From NCBI GenBank assembly GCA_964582785.1, contig CAZOTT010000001.1:15007-79006 (forward strand): a stretch of 64,000 nucleotides of DNA, written 5' to 3'. How positions within the stretch are numbered: the stretch's first letter is position 1; the number at the start of each line of letters is the position of its first letter. The translations under genes were made by a program, and so were the position numbers. The notes beneath the pieces are model-generated. The model did no database searches. It worked only from the letters and a program-made list of their open reading frames with translations, and was not told where the DNA came from. Below, one piece after another: positions 52,784 to 61,538 of the stretch. The DNA is from an uncultured Acidobacteriota bacterium (GTDB lineage: Bacteria > Acidobacteriota > Polarisedimenticolia > J045).

Positions 52784-53905
52784 TCAACGCGCCTCCTCTC
52801 CGGGGCCGCGGCCGGTGAACCGGAGGATCACGTCCGGGTCGAGCCGGTCCCGCAGGAACGCGGCGAGCCGCCGTTTCAGCTTGGCTTCCGCCTGGCGCAT
52901 CGCCTCCCGGGTCACCCCGAAGCGGTTCCCCAGCGCCTGGAGCGTGGCCGGGTCCTCCGCCAGCAGGCGCTGGTCGAGGATCGCCCGGTCCCGCTCCCCG
53001 AGGGACTCGCGGAACTCGTCCAGGACCCGCCGGACCCGTTCCTTGATCTCCCGCTCGGCGACCTCGTCCTCGACGGAGGGGCTGTCGGCCGGGAGCACGT
53101 CGGCGATCGTCGACCGGCTGTCGTCGGCGAGGGGCTGGTCCACCGAGACGTCCCGGGCCGACAGCGCCTTGTCCACCTCGACCACGTCCTCCTCGGACAC
53201 GCCGAACCGCTCGGCGAGCAGCTTCGGGGTCGGCCGGATGCCCTGGGCTTCCAGCCGGCGCTGTTCCCGGCGCAGGTTGTAGAGGAGCTTCCGGCGGGCG
53301 TTGGTGGTCCCGACCCGGACGAGGCGCGCGTTGTCGAGGAGGTACTTCAGCATGTAGGCCTTGATCCACCACGCCGCGTAGGTGGAAAAGCGCACCCCCT
53401 GGGCCGGGTCGTACCGCTTGAGCGCCTCCATCAGGCCGATGTTCCCCTCCTGGACCAGGTCCATCACGTTCCGGATCGCCCGCCGGTACATCAGGGCCAG
53501 CTTGACGACGAGCAGCAGGTTCGCCGTGATCAGCCGCGCGGCCGCCTCCCGGTCCCCGCTCTCCCGGAACCGCCGGGCGAGTTCCCGTTCCTCGTCCCGG
53601 TCCAGTTCGGCGAAGCGGCGGACCTCCTGGATGTACCGGGTCAGCGGGTCGACCGGGACCGGGTGCCGTTCCCCGACCGGCGCGAGGGCGAGGCCCGGTT
53701 CCTCCGCCGCCGCCGGGCCGGCGACGGCTTCCCCGGGGACCGGCTCCGCCTCGACGACCGGGAGGTCCTCGTCCGGGACGACGGGGGCCTCGTCGCCGGG
53801 TCCGCCGTCCCCGACGGGACCCGGCCCGTCCGGGAGAACCGGGCCGGCGGGAACTTCGCCGTCCGCTCCCCGGCGGCGTCCCTTCCGCCCGCCGGCGTTG
53901 CTCAC
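52784..53905 (-). CDS. rpoH: RNA polymerase sigma-32 (RpoH-like). A Pro/Gly/Asp/Glu-rich N-terminal extension of about 75 aa appears if the GTG at 53905 is the real start.
   Basis: LALAPVG...[23 protein letters not shown]...[16 protein letters not shown]...[17 protein letters not shown]... and an RpoH-box-like [13 protein letters not shown] start overlaps the upstream TGA (GTGA). Confidence 0.75.
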   Translation of the reverse strand: MSNAGGRKGRRRGADGEVPAGPVLPDGPGPVGDGGPGDEAPVVPDEDLPVVEAEPVPGEAVAGPAAAEEPGLALAPVGERHPVPVDPLTRYIQEVRRFAELDRDEERELARRFRESGDREAAARLITANLLLVVKLALMYRRAIRNVMDLVQEGNIGLMEALKRYDPAQGVRFSTYAAWWIKAYMLKYLLDNARLVRVGTTNARRKLLYNLRREQRRLEAQGIRPTPKLLAERFGVSEEDVVEVDKALSARDVSVDQPLADDSRSTIADVLPADSPSVEDEVAEREIKERVRRVLDEFRESLGERDRAILDQRLLAEDPATLQALGNRFGVTREAMRQAEAKLKRRLAAFLRDRLDPDVILRFTGRGPGEEAR

Positions 53906-54846
53906 CCGGCGTACTCCGTCCCCGCCGGGCAGAGGGCCCGGAAGGGGCAGTACCGGCAGCGGTAGCCGCCGGGACGCGGCTCGCAGAGGTCCTCCGCGGC
54001 GATGTCCCGGGAGGTGTCCGGGAGAACGGCGAGCATCCCGCGGACCGAATCCCGGATCGCCTGCCGCCCGGTCTCCACCGTCTCCTCGTCGACCCGGCAG
54101 GCCTTCTCCGGCGCGGGCCGCCGGAGGTAGACCTCCCGGACGTCGAGCCGCTCGAGGCCCACGTCCCACCGGTCCCGGGCGTAGGCGGCGTACCCCAGGA
54201 GCTGCAGCGGGTTGTCCTCCCGCTCCCGCTTCCCGGTCTTCCAGTCGAGGATCGTCACCGTCCCGTCGGGGTTGCGCCAGGCGACGTCGATCCGGACCCA
54301 CACCGGGACCCCCTCGAAGTCCCAGCGATCCAGGTCCTCGAGGGCGAGGATCTCCTCCGCCGCCCGGGCGCGGAACCGGTCCAGGTACCCGTGGTCGGCG
54401 AACGCCCGGACCATCTCCCGGGCGGCGTCCACCTGGGCCCGCCACTCCCCGTCCGCCACCGGGATCCCGTACTCGTGCTCGACGAAGCGGACGTGGTTTC
54501 GCGGGTCGCCGGCGAGGCGGGCCCGGTCCTCCCGGCTGGCCCGGTAGTCGCGGCGCATCCCGGCGACCATCCGCTCGATCGCGTCCTCGATGTCCACCCC
54601 GTCGCCGCGGCGGGCCGCCCGCAGCACCTGCTCGATCGTGTCGTGGACCCGGGAGCCGATCCACATCGGGAGGCTGGTCAGGTGGCGGAGCCGGTACGCT
54701 TCCCGCCGGCGCCGCGGGTCCAGGGGAGGATCGGCCTTCCCGAGGGAACCATAGTAGCGGAAGAAGTACGCCCGCGGACACTCGGAGAACGTCCCGTGGC
54801 GGGACGCGGACCAGGAAAAACCCTCCGGGACCCGGATGCCGGTCAT
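53902..54846 (-). CDS. PD-(D/E)XK nuclease superfamily protein (Cas4/RecB-like) with a C-terminal 4-Cys cluster.
   Basis: MTGIRVPEGFSWSASRHGTFSECPRAYFFRYY.... C-terminus CEPRPGGYRCRYCPFRALC. ATGA overlap with mutT. Confidence 0.65.
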   Translation of the reverse strand: MTGIRVPEGFSWSASRHGTFSECPRAYFFRYYGSLGKADPPLDPRRRREAYRLRHLTSLPMWIGSRVHDTIEQVLRAARRGDGVDIEDAIERMVAGMRRDYRASREDRARLAGDPRNHVRFVEHEYGIPVADGEWRAQVDAAREMVRAFADHGYLDRFRARAAEEILALEDLDRWDFEGVPVWVRIDVAWRNPDGTVTILDWKTGKREREDNPLQLLGYAAYARDRWDVGLERLDVREVYLRRPAPEKACRVDEETVETGRQAIRDSVRGMLAVLPDTSRDIAAEDLCEPRPGGYRCRYCPFRALCPAGTEYAG

Positions 54847-55262
54847 CGCGCCTCCCCTTCCGGCGCCGCGAGTCCCCGGAGCCGGGCGACGATCGGCCGG
54901 TCCGCGGGGGGCAGGGCCAGCCGCTCGATCTCGTCCGTGGTGTACCACCCGATCCCGTCGACCAGGAGGGGACGGGGCTCCCCCGCCAGGATCCGGGCCC
55001 GGAGGAAGTGAAGTTCCACCTCCCGGTCCGGGTAGCGGTGACGCAGCACGAACGCCTCGCCGGCCGGTCGCACCTCGACGCCGAGTTCCTCCCGCAGCTC
55101 CCGCACCAGGGCCTCCGCGGGCCCCTCTCCCGGCTCGAGCTTGCCCCCGGGAAACTCCCAGCAGCCCGCGAGATGGGTGCCCGGCGGGCGCCGGGTGAGC
55201 AGCCACCGGCCGTCCCGGGAGATCAGCCCGGCCGCGACGCGCAGGAACGGGACCTCGGTCAA
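54843..55262 (-). CDS. mutT: NUDIX hydrolase (MutT-like 8-oxo-dGTP diphosphatase).
   Basis: ...GCWEFPGGKLEPGEGPAEALVRELREELGVEV... (Nudix box). Confidence 0.8.
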   Translation of the reverse strand: MTEVPFLRVAAGLISRDGRWLLTRRPPGTHLAGCWEFPGGKLEPGEGPAEALVRELREELGVEVRPAGEAFVLRHRYPDREVELHFLRARILAGEPRPLLVDGIGWYTTDEIERLALPPADRPIVARLRGLAAPEGEAR

Positions 55263-55532
55263 GGGAACCTCCCCGGTGACCGGATGGTAGCCGCCGCCCC
55301 CCGCCGCGGCAACAGGATCCTCCCGGGCGCGGCGGTACCGCGAACCCCCCGGATCCGGGGAAATCAGCCGGAGGGCGGGCCGCTTCCGGGGTCCCCGCCA
55401 CGGGCAGCCGGCGCCCGCTCCGCCCCCGGCCGTCCCCCGGGCCGAAAACGGGGATGGCCCCGTCCCCCTGCCCCCCGTACGTTACTCCCCGGGAGGAGGT
55501 CGCGACGGGGCGCCCGCCCCGCGGAGGCCGCG

Positions 55533-56060
55533 ATGCTCGCCCAGGCCCCCCCGACGATCCACGTCCCCTTCGGCTCGGACCCCTGGTTGACCCCGGCCAT
55601 CCTGCTCCTGTGCGGTCTCGTCGCCAGCCTGGTCCTGGCCCGGGAGCACCGGAGGAACCGAGGCTGGAAGCGGGCGGTCCTGGTGGCCGCCTACGGGCTC
55701 GTGGTCTCCTTCGCCTTCGCCGCCGCCGGCACGATGGCCGTCCACCGGGTCAACCTGTTCTGGGGCGCCCACTACGAGGACGGCGGCCGGGTCCTCGTCC
55801 TCGAGCGGCTCGCTCCCCTGCCGGACGTCCGGCTCCCCGTCGCCGAGGTGGAGGCGATCACCGAGTTTGCCGTGCCGGAGGTCAGTCTCCGGGGCCCGCG
55901 CCGCAGCGTCCGGTTCCGGGTCCTGGCCCGGGACGGCCGGGCCTGGTGGAGCGCCCCGATCTACCTGCGCAGCCGGGCGGACCGGGCCCGGCTCCTGCTG
56001 ATCGCCGCCACCCACAACCGGCTCGAACGGTTCCTCATGGGGACCGCGGAGCTCCCCTGA
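55533..56060 (+). CDS. Hypothetical membrane protein (175 aa, about 2 TM).
   Basis: MLAQAPPTIHVPFGSDPWLTPAILLLCGLVASLVLA...VLVAAYGLVVSFAFAAAGTMAV. Confidence 0.45.
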   Translation: MLAQAPPTIHVPFGSDPWLTPAILLLCGLVASLVLAREHRRNRGWKRAVLVAAYGLVVSFAFAAAGTMAVHRVNLFWGAHYEDGGRVLVLERLAPLPDVRLPVAEVEAITEFAVPEVSLRGPRRSVRFRVLARDGRAWWSAPIYLRSRADRARLLLIAATHNRLERFLMGTAELP

Positions 56061-57924
56061 CCGGGCGCCGCGCGAGCCGCTGGAGCAGGGCCCGCGCCTC
56101 CCGTCCCGCCCGGGAGGCGGGCGCCAGCCGGGCGGCCTCCCGCAGGTGCCGGACCCCTTCCTCGTGCCGCCCGAGCCGGAGGAGCATCTTGCCCAGCTGG
56201 AGGTGCGCCTTGACGTAGCGGGGATTCAGCCGCAGCGCCTCTCCCAGGTACCGCAGGGAGCGCCGGAGGTGTTCCGCCCGTTCCCGCCGGTCCCCGGCTG
56301 CCCGGGCCAGGTTGATCTCGCACAGGCCCAGGTTGTAGTACGCCGTCGGGTACCGGGGAACCTCCCGCAGGGCCCGCTCGAGCGACTGCCGCGCCCGGTC
56401 GAACTCCCGCCGGTCCATGAAGACCGTGGCCATGTTGTTCAGCGCCTTGGACCGTCCCTCGGCGTCGTCGTACCGGGCGAGCGCCTTCTCGTACTCCTCG
56501 AGGGCCCGCTCGTCGTACCCCATCTTCGCGTACGTCAGTCCGAGGTGCAGGTGGGGGAGCCCTTCCTCCGGGGCCTTCGCCACGGTGTCGGTCCAGAAGG
56601 CCAGGTCGTCGTGCCAGACCCGTTCCCGGGCCAGGGTGGCCCGGGCCAGCGGAACGGCCAGCACCGCCGCGAGAACCACCGGCGCCACCCGCGCGGCGAC
56701 CGCCGGGACCCGGAGGGCGGCGGCCCCCCGGGCGAGCAGGAGTCCGGCCAGGAGGCAGCCACCCGCGCTCGGGATGTACAGGTACCGCTCCGCCAGGGGG
56801 GTCTCCGAGATCCGCAGCACCGCGATCGCCAGGGACGGGGCGAGGGAGGCGAAGAACAGCAGCCCGGCGAGGGTCTCCCCGGGGAAGGAACGCTTCCGCC
56901 AGGCGAACCAGGCCAGGCCCGCCGCCGCGGCGAGGGCCAGGAACCCGACCCCCAACGCCGCGCCGCCGGGGACGGTCGCCACGAAGGCGGACTGGGGGGG
57001 CGGCCAGAAAAACTTGATCACGTACCAGCCGACCGCCCCGAGGAACCGGCCGGGCAGGCCGCCGGGAGAGACCGGGGGCCGCCCCCCGCCCATCCCGGAC
57101 AGGGCGGCCCGCCGCAGGAGCAGGTAGGCGACGAGGACGACCGCGAACGCCCCCCACCGCACCCGGGCGGAAACCCGTCCCCCGGCGACGGGCCCGCGCC
57201 CCTCCCGGGCGCGCCGGCGGCGCTCCGCCCGGGAGAGGGTCTCCCCGCCGCCGGCCGGGTGCTCCGCCGGCCGGACCAGCAGGTCGACGAACGGCACGAG
57301 CAGGACGAGTCCCGTCCCGGTCTCCTTCGCCAGCATCGCCGCCAGGGCCGCGGCGAGGGATCCCCCGAGCAGCAGGGCCTTCCCCGTCCGGCGGTGCCCC
57401 ACGTAGAGGGCCAGTCCCCCGAGGAGGAAGACCCCGGCGATCACGTCGGAACGCCCCGCCATCCAGGAGACCGATTCCACGTGGATCGGGTGCACGGCGA
57501 ACAGGAGGGCGCCGGCGGCGGCTCCCGAGGCCCGCACCCGGAGGGGCAGGCCGGAGGCCTCCCCCAGGACGAGCCCGAGGAGGAAGACGACGACGGTGGC
57601 AACCCCGTGCCAGGCGACGCAGGAAGAGTGGTAGACGAGGCGCCGGGCCTCCTCCCGCTTCTCCGGCGGCCAGAAGGTGCGGGAGATCCACTCGTCGACC
57701 TGGTACGACACGACGACCAGCGGCCGGTAGTAGTGGGTTCCGAACTGGGGAATGCTCCGCGGCGGGAAGAAGACGTTGTGGAAGGAGTCGAAGTAGGGAA
57801 GCTGCCGCTTGAAGACGATCGGGTCGTCCCACACGAAGTCGTTCGAGGTGGAAGGCAGGTAGGTCCCGATGGCCGCCGCCAGCACCAGGAGGGCCAGGGC
57901 GATCGTCCAGGCTCGTTCCGTCAC
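56035..57924 (-). CDS. Polytopic membrane glycosyltransferase-like protein (PMT/GT39-like, DUF2723-type) with C-terminal TPR repeats.
   Basis: GTG start with RBS GGAGGGAG. About 11 TM helices. C-terminal TPR-like ...HLHLGLTYAKMGYDERALEEYEKALA...YYNLGLCE...AHLQLGKMLLRLGRHEEG. Confidence 0.6.
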   Translation of the reverse strand: MTERAWTIALALLVLAAAIGTYLPSTSNDFVWDDPIVFKRQLPYFDSFHNVFFPPRSIPQFGTHYYRPLVVVSYQVDEWISRTFWPPEKREEARRLVYHSSCVAWHGVATVVVFLLGLVLGEASGLPLRVRASGAAAGALLFAVHPIHVESVSWMAGRSDVIAGVFLLGGLALYVGHRRTGKALLLGGSLAAALAAMLAKETGTGLVLLVPFVDLLVRPAEHPAGGGETLSRAERRRRAREGRGPVAGGRVSARVRWGAFAVVLVAYLLLRRAALSGMGGGRPPVSPGGLPGRFLGAVGWYVIKFFWPPPQSAFVATVPGGAALGVGFLALAAAAGLAWFAWRKRSFPGETLAGLLFFASLAPSLAIAVLRISETPLAERYLYIPSAGGCLLAGLLLARGAAALRVPAVAARVAPVVLAAVLAVPLARATLARERVWHDDLAFWTDTVAKAPEEGLPHLHLGLTYAKMGYDERALEEYEKALARYDDAEGRSKALNNMATVFMDRREFDRARQSLERALREVPRYPTAYYNLGLCEINLARAAGDRRERAEHLRRSLRYLGEALRLNPRYVKAHLQLGKMLLRLGRHEEGVRHLREAARLAPASRAGREARALLQRLARRPVRGAPRSP

Positions 57925-58688
57925 GTTCGTCTCCCTCCGGCCCCGGCCGCGCCGGGTTTCCGGGCCACGACGACCAGGTTCTCTCCCCAGCCGGCGGGGA
58001 GAATCGGCCAGACCAGCCCCACCGATACGGCGGTCGGCAGGCTGAAGATCCCATACTGCACGAACCGCGGCAGGAAACGCACGTAGGGGACGTCCCACAG
58101 GCCGTCGGAGAACGTCCGCTCGACCGCCAGCCCCGCCTCCCGGGTCAGCGCCAGCCAGCGCCCCGGTGCGAGCAGCGAGACGTGGGTCTCGTCGAGCAGG
58201 GCGTACCAGCGGTCCCCCTTCAGGCGGCGGCCCGGCGAGGTCGTGTCGGGGACCGCGTAGAGGAGCGCCCCCCCGGGCGCGAGCAGGTCCGCGATCCGGC
58301 GGAGCGCCCGCCCGGGTTCCGGCAGGTGCTCCAGCACGTACTTGGCGAGGACGAGGTCGAATCCCCCGGCGGCCACGGCCGGCGGCAGCTCCCCGAGCAG
58401 GTCGGCGACGAAGACGCGGGACCGGGGCGCCTCCCGGCGTGCCCGGCCGATCGCGTAGTCCGAGACATCGATCCCCCAGGTCTCGAACTCCGTCTCGAGC
58501 CGGGCGAGGGTGTACCCGTGGGCGCACCCGACCTCGAGCAGGCGGCGCCCCCCCGCCCGGCGCAGCAGGCGGCGGGCGAGGCCCGCGTAGAAACGGACCG
58601 ACCACCAGTGGATCCCGAGCGGACGGAGGTCGTCCAGGCCGAAGGCCCGGCGGTAGTACTCCCGGCCGAACCGCCCGTCCCCGGTCAC
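57921..58688 (-). CDS. Class I SAM-dependent methyltransferase.
   Basis: ...LLEVGCAHGYTLARL...FDLVLAKYVLEHL.... GTGA overlaps at both ends. Confidence 0.65.
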   Translation of the reverse strand: MTGDGRFGREYYRRAFGLDDLRPLGIHWWSVRFYAGLARRLLRRAGGRRLLEVGCAHGYTLARLETEFETWGIDVSDYAIGRARREAPRSRVFVADLLGELPPAVAAGGFDLVLAKYVLEHLPEPGRALRRIADLLAPGGALLYAVPDTTSPGRRLKGDRWYALLDETHVSLLAPGRWLALTREAGLAVERTFSDGLWDVPYVRFLPRFVQYGIFSLPTAVSVGLVWPILPAGWGENLVVVARKPGAAGAGGRRT

Positions 58689-59821
58689 CCCCCCTCCTCC
58701 CGGGCCGCCGCCAGCTGTTCCCGCACGGCCCCGAGCACCATCCCCGGGGTGATCCGGTCCATGCAGGCGAGGCCCTGGGCACACGGAGGGGTGTACCCGT
58801 ACCGGGTGCAGGGCGAGCAGGGCACGCCGTCCGCCCGCACCACGCGGAACCGCCGACCGGGCGGCCCCCACTTCGAGAGCACGCCGGGGCCGAACAGGTG
58901 CACCGTCCGGGTGCCGACGCCGTAGGCCAGGTGGAGGACGCCCGTGTCGGCGGAGACGTAGACGTCCACCTCGGCGACCACCGCCGCCGCCTCTCCCAGG
59001 GTGCAGCGCCCCGCCAGGTTCACGTGGGGAAGTCCCCCGAGTTCCCGGGCGATCCGGCGGGCCGCCCGACCGTCGGCGGGACCGCCCAGCACGACGATCG
59101 CCACCCCTTCCCCGGCGAGCCGCCGGGCCACCTCCGCGTACCGGGAAGGGGGCCAGCGGCGCTGGGGAATCGAGGCTCCCGGGTGCACGGCGACCCGCGG
59201 GCGCGGCAGCCCCGCGAGCCACTCCCGCGCCCGGGCCACCGCGGCGGGGGCCACGGGATAGAAGGGAGCGTCGGGATCCCAGGAGGGGGTCCGGCCGGTG
59301 GCCGCCCGGGCGAGTTCCAGGAACGACCGCACCTCGTAGAGGTCGAGGTCGTAGGGCACCGTGTCGGTCAGCATCCGGCGCCGGGAGTTGGTCGCGAACC
59401 CCACCCGGCGGGGCGCCCCGGTCGCCCGGGCGACCAGGGCCGACAGCGCGTGCATCTGCTCCGTGTCGATCACCAGGTCGTACCCGCCGCGCAGGACGGC
59501 GAGAAGCTCCCGCGGCCGGTCGTAGCAGTAGAGGCGATCGACCAGCCCCGTCCCGGCGACGACCCCCCGGTTCCGGCGCTCGCACAGCAGGTCGATGCGG
59601 GCGGCGGGCCAGCTCTCCCGCAGGTGGCGGAGCATCGGCACGAAGAGCACCGCGTCCCCGATCCCGCCGGGCCGGATCACGAGGACCCGCCGGGGCGGGG
59701 CGGCGGATCCTCCCGCCTCCCGCGAGGGGGGCAGCAGCCGGCAGAGCGGCCGCCCGAGGACGGCATCCAGCATCCTGGTCGCGTCGGCCCGGAGTCCCAT
59801 CGGCGGGAGTGTACCGCGCAT
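58685..59821 (-). CDS. Glycosyltransferase family 9 (LPS heptosyltransferase-like). The start codon is uncertain (M1 at 59821 or M17 at about 59772).
   Basis: ...RVLVIRPGGIGDAVLFVPMLRHLRE...VHPGAS...RWPPSRYAEVARRL...VVLGGPAD.... Confidence 0.65.
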   Translation of the reverse strand: MRGTLPPMGLRADATRMLDAVLGRPLCRLLPPSREAGGSAAPPRRVLVIRPGGIGDAVLFVPMLRHLRESWPAARIDLLCERRNRGVVAGTGLVDRLYCYDRPRELLAVLRGGYDLVIDTEQMHALSALVARATGAPRRVGFATNSRRRMLTDTVPYDLDLYEVRSFLELARAATGRTPSWDPDAPFYPVAPAAVARAREWLAGLPRPRVAVHPGASIPQRRWPPSRYAEVARRLAGEGVAIVVLGGPADGRAARRIARELGGLPHVNLAGRCTLGEAAAVVAEVDVYVSADTGVLHLAYGVGTRTVHLFGPGVLSKWGPPGRRFRVVRADGVPCSPCTRYGYTPPCAQGLACMDRITPGMVLGAVREQLAAAREEGG

Positions 59822-59878
59822 CCCGCGCTATACTCCGCCCGATCCGCCGGCCCCGCGGGCCGGCCCCGGAGGAAGCCG

Positions 59879-60691
59879 ATGCCAGCGATCCGCTCCCCGT
59901 TCCCCGTCCTGGTCCTGTCCCTGGCCCTCGCGGCCGCCGGGGCCCTCCTTCCCGCCGCCGCGGGAGACGAGGGCGCCTTCCGGATGCCCGGGGGGTACGC
60001 GTGGGACGCGGGCCGGGTCGACACGATGTGGCTCGAGGTGCTCCTCGAGTACCGGGACCTCGGAAGCGCGCCGTTTCAGCCGGCGGCCGACGACCTGGTG
60101 ACGACGTTCACCGGAGCCTTCCTGCCCCTCCCGAACCTGGAGGTCGGCTTCGCCGCGCCCTACGTCTCCCGGGACTTCGACGACGGTCGTCTCGGCAGCC
60201 CTTCCGGCCTCGGCGACGTGGCCGCCTGGGCGAAGCTGCGGTTGGGGAACACGGGCAACGCCGCGTGGTCCCTCGGCGCCGGCCTTTCCCTGCCCACCGG
60301 CGACGAGGACGACTTCCTCGGCACCGGGAACCTGGACCCCGCACTGTGGATCGCGGCGGGGGTCCCGACGCGGGGGGACGCCTTCGTCCAGGCCCACGTC
60401 GGCCTGCGCGCCAACGGGGACTTCGACGGGGCCGGGCTCCGGGCCGACGGGAAGACTTCCGTCATCATCGGCTTCGGGGGCTTCCTCCCCACCGCCAGCG
60501 GCATGACGGTCTTCGCCTCGTTCGACCTCGAGACCGAGCGGTGGGACGGGGGAGACTCGGCGGCTTCCCTGCTCGGCGGAGCGCGCTGGCCGATCTCGGA
60601 AAGCTGGCAGGTCGAGGCGAAGGCGTCGGTGGGCCTGGCCGACGCCGCCCCCGACCTGACCCTGGGCCTGGGCCTGGTCTTCCATCCCTGA
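59879..60691 (+). CDS. Secreted hypothetical protein (271 aa), possibly an outer-membrane beta-barrel.
   Basis: RBS GGAGGA. Signal peptide MPAIRSPFPVLVLSLALAAAGALLPAAAG. Gly/Asp-rich, with an alternating pattern. Confidence 0.5.
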   Translation: MPAIRSPFPVLVLSLALAAAGALLPAAAGDEGAFRMPGGYAWDAGRVDTMWLEVLLEYRDLGSAPFQPAADDLVTTFTGAFLPLPNLEVGFAAPYVSRDFDDGRLGSPSGLGDVAAWAKLRLGNTGNAAWSLGAGLSLPTGDEDDFLGTGNLDPALWIAAGVPTRGDAFVQAHVGLRANGDFDGAGLRADGKTSVIIGFGGFLPTASGMTVFASFDLETERWDGGDSAASLLGGARWPISESWQVEAKASVGLADAAPDLTLGLGLVFHP

Positions 60692-60745
60692 TCCGCGGCC
60701 GGCGGGCCGGGAAAGCCGACCCGAAAGTTTCGCGCCACCACGGGG

Positions 60746-61447
60746 TCAGGGGCCGACCAGGGCGGGCAGCTCGGTGATCTCCCGGATGCGGGGGCAGTCC
60801 GCTCCCGGCCAGGCTTCCCACCGGTCGACGAGGACCGGCGTGATCCCGGCCGCCCGGGCTCCCTCCACGTCGTAGGCCGGCACGTCCCCCACGTGAACGG
60901 CGGCGGCGGGAGGCACCCCCAGGCGGTCCAGGGCCACGCGGAAGATCGCCGGGTCGGGCTTCGCCACCCCGACCCGGTGGGAATCCACCACCAGGTCGAG
61001 CAGGTCGGCGAGGCCCGCGTCCCGCAGGTCCGCCTCCACCTGGCCCTCCGCGTTGCTGACGACGGCGAGGGAGAAGCCGGCGGCCCGCAGGCGGGCCAGG
61101 GTCTCCCGGGCGCCGGGAACCGGCCGGCGCCAGAGTCCCACCCTGCGGTTCGCCTCCCACAGCAGCCCCAGCGCCGCCGGGATCCGTTCCCGGGGAACCC
61201 CGGCCCCCGCGAGCACCCGGCCGAAGTAGCCGTCCCACAGCTCCCGGGGCGCGACGCCGCGCCGGACGGCACCGTCCGCCCAGCGGCGGGCGGGGCCCTC
61301 GGCACGGCGCCGCCCTTCCCCGTCCGGGACGATTCCCAGGGGTTCGAGGGCCGCCGCCAGGCGCCGGTCGTCCAGGTCGATCAGGGTGCCGCCCGCGTCC
61401 AGCAGCACCGCCCGCACTCCCTCGATCTTCCCGCTGCTCGTCGCCAC
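60746..61447 (-). CDS. HAD-family hydrolase.
   Basis: ...VRAVLLDAGGTLIDLDD...LAVVSNAEGQ...VHVGDVPAYDVEGARAAG.... GTG start with RBS GAGGAA. Confidence 0.65.
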   Translation of the reverse strand: MATSSGKIEGVRAVLLDAGGTLIDLDDRRLAAALEPLGIVPDGEGRRRAEGPARRWADGAVRRGVAPRELWDGYFGRVLAGAGVPRERIPAALGLLWEANRRVGLWRRPVPGARETLARLRAAGFSLAVVSNAEGQVEADLRDAGLADLLDLVVDSHRVGVAKPDPAIFRVALDRLGVPPAAAVHVGDVPAYDVEGARAAGITPVLVDRWEAWPGADCPRIREITELPALVGP

Positions 61448-61538
61448 GCCCGTTCCTCGCCGCGTGTGTCCCCCTCCTGCCGGCGGTAGATTCTCCCATG
61501 ACCCCCGGGTTCCTCCGGGGGGAAACAGGGAGCCGTCC

